This document shows, in pieces, positions 58,628 to 64,000 of a stretch of DNA of 64,000 bases. The notes beneath the pieces were generated by a model. The model did not search any database, was not told the DNA's origin, and saw only the letters and a program-made list of their open reading frames with translations. This DNA is from an uncultured bacterium (lineage in GTDB: Bacteria > Patescibacteriota > Minisyncoccia > Phycocordibacterales > GWA1-40-21), in assembly GCA_963804975.1 (NCBI GenBank), contig CAWDSG010000002.1, positions 53,554 to 117,553 of the forward strand. Direction: 5' to 3'. Within the stretch, counting starts at the first letter, position 1. The number at the start of each line of letters is the position of its first letter. The position numbers were made by a program, and so were the translations under genes.

Positions 58628-59050
58628 ATGATTCTAAAAATCAAAAAACTTCATAAGGACGCGAAAATACCTAGCTATGCGCATCATGACGATGCGGGAT
58701 TTGATCTGTTTTCAGTCAAAGATTTTAAGGTGAGGAAAGGCGAGCGGATTGGCGTGCCGACGGGAGTCGCAATGGAAATACCGGAAGGATATGTCGGCCT
58801 GGTCTGGGATAAAAGCGGGCTTGCCATAAAGCACGGAATAAAAACCATTGCTGGAGTTGTGGATTCAACATATCGGGGAGAAATATTCGTTGGTGTGATA
58901 AATTTCGGCGAAAGCGATTATATTTTTGAAAAGGGCCACAAAATAGCACAGATGATAATTCAGAAAAAAGAAAAAGTTGATTTTGAAGAAGCAAAGGAAT
59001 TATCCGATACTATACGAGGTGAAAATGGCTTTGGAAGCACAGGGAAATAG
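58628..59050 (+). CDS. dut: dUTP diphosphatase (trimeric)
   Basis: AGFDL, KSGLA, GVVDSTYRGE, IAQM, RGENGFGSTG. Confidence 0.96.
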   Translation: MILKIKKLHKDAKIPSYAHHDDAGFDLFSVKDFKVRKGERIGVPTGVAMEIPEGYVGLVWDKSGLAIKHGIKTIAGVVDSTYRGEIFVGVINFGESDYIFEKGHKIAQMIIQKKEKVDFEEAKELSDTIRGENGFGSTGK

Positions 59051-59145
59051 TTTGACAGAAAAACCGCAAAATGTTAGAGTATTGAAAGAACCTTTGATAT
59101 CAGGTTCTTTTTAATAATTTAGTCCGCTTATGCGGGAGAAAGAGG

Positions 59146-59394
59146 TTGTTTATGGGGGGACAACGACTTTCAACGCCTATTGAAAAAGTTGTAGCAAAGA
59201 ATTTAAAAAAAACAATGGAAAGGAAAAGATTAAGCCAGTTCATTCTGTCGGAAAAAGCGGGAATAAAATATGATACGCTGGAAAACTTTTTGAATGCGGA
59301 TCCTATGCATTTGGCCAATCTGGAGCATTTGGACAAATTGGCCAAAGGGCTAAAGGTTGATGTCAGGGAATTTTTCCGGCCGATTAAAAAATAA
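59146..59394 (+). CDS. XRE-family helix-turn-helix regulator
   Basis: LSQ..LSEKAGI...L.KLAKGLKV...EFF. Confidence 0.75.
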   Translation: MFMGGQRLSTPIEKVVAKNLKKTMERKRLSQFILSEKAGIKYDTLENFLNADPMHLANLEHLDKLAKGLKVDVREFFRPIKK

Positions 59395-59472
59395 AGAAAG
59401 GATAAAAACAAAACCCTTGGTCCATAGCGGACCAAGGGCTTTTTTATAGGAATTTTTAATTGAAACCGGCGG

Positions 59473-60411
59473 CTATTTTTTAGGATTTACGGGATAAAGT
59501 TTTTCGTCTATCACTCGTGTAAAGCAAACATTTCCGATTCCATGCTGCCAATTTTCGTTTGTTGTCGAATTTGTATAAATTGCCGGCATTGCGACATTTG
59601 AATTTGCCGTACTTGTGCTTGCCGCTGTTTTAAATGTGGCACAAAGTTCAAAACTATTTGCCGCAAGTTTTTTGTATTCATAAGGCAATTTTGTTTCCGG
59701 ATCTGTTGGTACTGTATACCCGCTTATCGGATCATTCAAAGCGTTTAAATTTGCCGGAACTGTGCCTTTATTTTGCCATTGCTGATAAACCAACTGGCCT
59801 TGGATGCTTGAAAGATCACTTACTCTTGTTTCATCCATCATTTTTGCTCTTTGCATTGCTGGAGAACCGATGAGAACAATTCCGTAGACAATAGCCGCCG
59901 AAACAACAACCGACACCAAAATTATTTTTATTTTAATTTTTTTGCTGTATTCAAAAACCGTTCTTCTCAAATCATAAAGTGAGGATCTGAACACCACTAT
60001 CGCAACTGCGAGAACAAAGAAAACTTTCAGGAAAAATCTCAAGGTCAGATCTTCTGCGCCGAGAAATCTATATACCAATGTTGCCAAATCAATCGCGATG
60101 GTAAGTCCGGTGACAAAAAGGGTTAGAAAAATCATCCATCTTCTTACCCACATATCTTTTTTCTCCGGATTTATTTTCAAATCTTTATTTACTATTTTTG
60201 ATATGTATAAAAACGCAGGGAAGAAAATGATAAGCGCGGCGATTGCGCCTCTGATCGTGTAATCTGTCTGGCCCAGGTATTCTCCTATGAGCGGAAAAAC
60301 ATTGTCAATTATTTGGAATACCAAAATCAGAAAACTTATCGCGCTTACATAAAGTCCGATAATTATTCCCAATGAAAGAAAAAAATCTTTTGCTGTTGTT
60401 TTTGATTGCAT
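59473..60411 (-). CDS. CPR membrane protein (DUF5671-like)
   Basis: AKDFFL, five TMs, GSP..QR...D..RVSDL, P.DPET..PYEY, FELCATF. Confidence 0.7.
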   Translation of the reverse strand: MQSKTTAKDFFLSLGIIIGLYVSAISFLILVFQIIDNVFPLIGEYLGQTDYTIRGAIAALIIFFPAFLYISKIVNKDLKINPEKKDMWVRRWMIFLTLFVTGLTIAIDLATLVYRFLGAEDLTLRFFLKVFFVLAVAIVVFRSSLYDLRRTVFEYSKKIKIKIILVSVVVSAAIVYGIVLIGSPAMQRAKMMDETRVSDLSSIQGQLVYQQWQNKGTVPANLNALNDPISGYTVPTDPETKLPYEYKKLAANSFELCATFKTAASTSTANSNVAMPAIYTNSTTNENWQHGIGNVCFTRVIDEKLYPVNPKK

Positions 60412-60510
60412 AGTTTTAAATTAAATTGATAACATGCTAATTATAGCAGATTAAAGGCAGATTTTCGCAAGGCGAAAATCCGGCCTATAATATGCTATAA
60501 TAACAATATT

Positions 60511-60759
60511 ATGAGTAGACCAATAAAAATTCTTTTATCAATAGTTTCCTTAATTTTATCAATTAATCTCGTAGCGCTTTTTTCTCAATATTTTTTAATT
60601 TTTAATTTAAGTGTTTTGCTAATGTCTTTATTGGTTCTATGGGCATTGGTTTTTTGTATTTTATATTTTAAAACTAATAAAAATTTATTTTTTATTTTAT
60701 CTATAATACCCTTAATAATTTATCTAGTTTTGGTACTCATGAGTGCTCATTCAATATGA
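60511..60759 (+). CDS. Small hydrophobic membrane protein
   Basis: Three hydrophobic segments, overlaps argS start. Confidence 0.5.
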   Translation: MSRPIKILLSIVSLILSINLVALFSQYFLIFNLSVLLMSLLVLWALVFCILYFKTNKNLFFILSIIPLIIYLVLVLMSAHSI

Positions 60760-62477
60760 TTCACGAAATACTCGAAAAACTGATAAAAATTGCGCTTTCA
60801 CAGCTTAAAATAAAAGGCGCGGAAACGGTAAAAATAACCTTGGAACATCCGGAAGATATTTCAAACGGCGATTATTCCACCAATATTGCTATGGTTTTGG
60901 CTAAGCAAATGGCGCAAAACCCGAGGGAACTGGCAGAAAAAATTGTCGCAGAGATTTCAAAAAACAAACCAAAAAAAATTTCAAAAGTGGAAGTTGCAGG
61001 TAATGGGTTCATCAATTTTTATTTATCGGATGATTATTTTATAAAAAGTATTGCCGAAATTTTGAAAGAAAAAGAAAAGTTCGGCAGAAATAAAATTTTT
61101 AAAAAACAAAAATTTTTAATTGACCATACAGACCCGAATCCTTTCAAAGAAGTTCATATTGGACATTTGATGAACAACACAATCGGCGAATCTATTTCGC
61201 GTATAGCCAAGGAAAACGGAGCTGAAGTAAAAGCGGTAACTTATCACGGCGATGTAGGCCTTCATGTGGCAAAAGGAATTTGGGCTTTAAAAAAACATCA
61301 CACAGAGCCGAAAAACATAACAGCAGATATTCTTGGAAATATGTATAAAATCGGGAATACCGCTTATGATGAAGACGAAAAAGCAAAAATAGAAATAGAA
61401 GAAATAAACAAAAAACTTTACGAAAAAGACAAGGAAATTTACAATGGTTATTATTTGCCCGGAAGAAAGGTGAGTTTGGAATATTTTGAATCTCTTTATA
61501 AAAGATTGAACAGCAAATTTGCGCATCATTTTTATGAAAGCGAGGTAAGCGAAATAGGGAAAAAACTTGTTGAAAAAAATATCGGAAAAGTTTTTGAAAA
61601 AAGCGAAGGAGCCATAATTTTTAGAGGAGAAAAATATGGCTTGCATACCAGAGTTTTCATAAATAAACTTGGTTTGCCTATTTATGAAGCGAAGGAGATC
61701 GGGCTGGCAGTACTCAAAAGGAAATTTTTCAAATATGACAAATCCATAACGATAACCGGAAATGAACAGAGCTCGTTTTTCCAGGTTCTTGAAGTTGCGA
61801 TAGGAGAAATTTTTCCGGAATTGAAGGGAAAATTACTGCATGTTTCGCATGGTCTTCTTAAGCTTCCGGAAGGAAAAATGTCCTCCAGAGCGGGACAAAT
61901 TATTACTGTTGAAACGCTAATAAATCAGGTCAAAGAAAAAGTTATGGAAAAAATTTCTAACAGAGATTTTTCCAATAAAGAGAAAGATAAAGTGGCGGAA
62001 GAAGTGGCGATTGGTGCAATCAGGTATTCCATACTGCATCAAACAACAGGAAGAGATATTATTTTTGATTTTGATAAGTCAATTTCTTTTGAAGGAGATT
62101 CTGGACCATATTTGCAATATTCATATGCACGAGCAAAATCAATTTTAAGAAAAGCGAAAGAAGATGGTGTAAGATATAAAGTTAACCCCAGTCAAATAAA
62201 AAACCAATTTGACGGGGCAAGTACTAGCGTACTTGAAAAATTACTTTATAGATTTCCTGAAGTTGTGGAAAGAGCAGGGAATGAATATTCACCGCATTAT
62301 ATTGCTACCTATTTGATTGAACTTGCCTCGGCTTTTAATAATTTTTATGGAAAGGGAAAAATTGTAGATAAAACAGATGTTAATTCACCTTATAAAATTG
62401 CTCTTACAGAAGCATTTTCGATAGTTTTGAAAAACGGGCTCAATTTGCTCGGAATTCAAGCACCGGAAAAAATGTAA
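60756..62477 (+). CDS. argS: Arginyl-tRNA synthetase
   Basis: GDYSTN, PNPFKEVHIGH, KMSSR, FEGDSGPYLQY. Confidence 0.96.
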   Translation: MIHEILEKLIKIALSQLKIKGAETVKITLEHPEDISNGDYSTNIAMVLAKQMAQNPRELAEKIVAEISKNKPKKISKVEVAGNGFINFYLSDDYFIKSIAEILKEKEKFGRNKIFKKQKFLIDHTDPNPFKEVHIGHLMNNTIGESISRIAKENGAEVKAVTYHGDVGLHVAKGIWALKKHHTEPKNITADILGNMYKIGNTAYDEDEKAKIEIEEINKKLYEKDKEIYNGYYLPGRKVSLEYFESLYKRLNSKFAHHFYESEVSEIGKKLVEKNIGKVFEKSEGAIIFRGEKYGLHTRVFINKLGLPIYEAKEIGLAVLKRKFFKYDKSITITGNEQSSFFQVLEVAIGEIFPELKGKLLHVSHGLLKLPEGKMSSRAGQIITVETLINQVKEKVMEKISNRDFSNKEKDKVAEEVAIGAIRYSILHQTTGRDIIFDFDKSISFEGDSGPYLQYSYARAKSILRKAKEDGVRYKVNPSQIKNQFDGASTSVLEKLLYRFPEVVERAGNEYSPHYIATYLIELASAFNNFYGKGKIVDKTDVNSPYKIALTEAFSIVLKNGLNLLGIQAPEKM

Positions 62478-62497
62478 AAATATTATAAAACCAAAAT

Positions 62498-63151
62498 ATG
62501 GATAAAAATATAAACATACCTCCAATAGGAGAAAATAGTCAGGAAAATATAGAAAAAGAAAAGAAACGTCTTGCAGATTTTTTACATGGTTACGATCTTT
62601 CTGAAGAAGAAATTCATTTATTAACTGGTTCTAAAGATGATGTCGAAAGACAGCAAGACATTGATATGTTTAAAAAACATAATATTTCTGAATTCGAAGC
62701 TAATTTATTAATAGATTTGTGTTGGAATAATTTAGAAAATAGAGAATGGATTGAAAAGGAAAAGATTCTTAATTTGCTTAAAGAAAAAGGGTTTAACGAT
62801 GAAACCCGATCTTTTGTAATAAATTGGAAAATGGAACAAAAAATTTTAGTATTTAAAGAAAATACAAGTAAAGCAAGTATTTTACTTTCTCTGGAAATGG
62901 TTGATTTTTATGCCTTTGCAAATAATCTGGAGGAGGTTTTTGCATATCTTAAAGATATTCATAAACAACTAATTTATGATACAAGTCTTACACAAGGAGA
63001 TAAAAAAGAGATTTCTGAAAAACTTTTTGCAAAAATATTTTCTTCCGCGGAAATTGTTCAACAATTGAATATAAAAGAGTTTGACCAAGAAGCCGAAAGA
63101 AGAGATTATACTGAACTTTTTAAAAAAATTGATGGTTTTAAATTAAATTGA
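62498..63151 (+). CDS. Hypothetical helical protein
   Basis: 217-aa low-GC ORF, no recognised motif. Confidence 0.55.
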   Translation: MDKNINIPPIGENSQENIEKEKKRLADFLHGYDLSEEEIHLLTGSKDDVERQQDIDMFKKHNISEFEANLLIDLCWNNLENREWIEKEKILNLLKEKGFNDETRSFVINWKMEQKILVFKENTSKASILLSLEMVDFYAFANNLEEVFAYLKDIHKQLIYDTSLTQGDKKEISEKLFAKIFSSAEIVQQLNIKEFDQEAERRDYTELFKKIDGFKLN

Positions 63152-63156
63152 AAAAT

Positions 63157-63193
63157 AAAAAAGAGCGGGACGCAAAGCGTCCCGCTCTTTTTT
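63157..63193. terminator. Intrinsic terminator
   Basis: 17-bp stem, AAA loop, T run. Confidence 0.7.
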
Positions 63194-63230
63194 TCCATTA
63201 AAAATCTGATACAATTGAAAAAGCAATAAT

Positions 63231-64000
63231 ATGGCCGAAAAAAACAATCAAAAACAGGAGAAATCGCAAAAAACCGCTGTAAAAAGCAAAATAGCCGAAA
63301 GAGAAGAGGAAATTTTGCAATTCTGGCAGAAAAAGGAAATTTTCAAAAAAACACTTGAAAAGCCGTCAAAAGGCGAATTCATATTTTATGATGGTCCGCC
63401 TTTTGCCTCCGGACTTCCGCACTACGGGCATATTCTTGCCGGCACCATGAAAGATTATATCGGCAGATACGAGACGATGAAGGGTATGTATGTGCCGAGG
63501 CGCTGGGGCTGGGATTGCCATGGCCTTCCCATTGAAAATCTTGTTGAAAAGGATCTGGGTTTGAAATCGAAAAAAGATATAGAAGATTTTGGTTTGGAAA
63601 AATTCAACGATATCGCCCGGACAAAAGTTTTCACTTATGTTGATGACTGGAAAAAAGTTATTCCGAGAATGGGCCGTTTTGTGGATATGGAAAACGATTA
63701 TAGGACGATGAATCCGACATTCACCGAAACTGTCTGGTGGATTTTCAAAGAACTTCATAAGAAAGGTCTGGTTTATGAAGGATTCAAATCAATGCACATT
63801 TGCCCTCATTGCGAGACGACACTTTCCAATTTTGAAGTCGGACAGGGATACAAAGATATCGCCGATATTTCCATAACCGCAAAATTTGAGCTTGCTGACG
63901 AACCGGGAACTTATTTTCTGGCATGGACCACAACTCCGTGGACTTTGCCCGGAAATGTTGCTTTGGCTGTTGGAAATGACATTGATTATGTAAAAATGTC
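63231..64000 (+). CDS. ileS: Isoleucyl-tRNA synthetase (type 2), 3' truncated by window
   Basis: FYDGPPFASGLPHYGH, GWDCHGLP, LAWTTTPWTLPGN. Confidence 0.93.
   Translation, partial: MAEKNNQKQEKSQKTAVKSKIAEREEEILQFWQKKEIFKKTLEKPSKGEFIFYDGPPFASGLPHYGHILAGTMKDYIGRYETMKGMYVPRRWGWDCHGLPIENLVEKDLGLKSKKDIEDFGLEKFNDIARTKVFTYVDDWKKVIPRMGRFVDMENDYRTMNPTFTETVWWIFKELHKKGLVYEGFKSMHICPHCETTLSNFEVGQGYKDIADISITAKFELADEPGTYFLAWTTTPWTLPGNVALAVGNDIDYVKM

Noticed and set aside
63166-63180. GGGACGCAAAGC resembling part of a c-di-GMP-I riboswitch
   Set aside because: It is the centre of a perfect terminator hairpin; the rest of the riboswitch structure is absent

Overview
This window is chromosomal DNA around the replication origin of a Patescibacteria (CPR), most likely a Parcubacteria-type genome. 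Evidence: low GC, standard code 11, core genes mostly without a Shine-Dalgarno, CPR-type pilin/VirB4 and type IV pilus genes, and rplK not followed by rplA. Housekeeping genes: jag-yidC-rnpA-rpmH / dnaA-dnaN, purF, PBP1A, tyrS, ruvC, yebC, ruvB, tsaE, polA, tig, nusA, metG, tatD, secE-nusG-rplK, dut, argS and partial ileS. Three accessory systems stand out. (1) A complete diversity-generating retroelement (target gene, VR/TR differing only at TR adenines, avd, RT), in which one G10 tract sits in the overlapping 5' ends of the divergent avd and RT and currently frameshifts avd. (2) A radical SAM/SPASM enzyme followed by an unannotated 44-aa peptide with three tandem CxxD/E motifs, a candidate new RiPP system. 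(3) A tightly coupled four-gene pyrimidine-nucleotide operon (ParB-fold protein, tandem cytidine deaminase, an MtrA-like/DUF4346/thymidylate-synthase-like fusion with altered active-site residues, HAD phosphatase), flanked by dUTPase and a Nudix gene. Smaller signals: a GxxExxY gene bracketed by inverted repeats, a 21-bp palindrome inserted in frame into proteins, an NYN RNase with a convergent small RNA, two candidate structured ncRNAs, and a duplicated promoter/leader driving two convergent lipoproteins. All family assignments come from motif recognition by eye; no searches were run.
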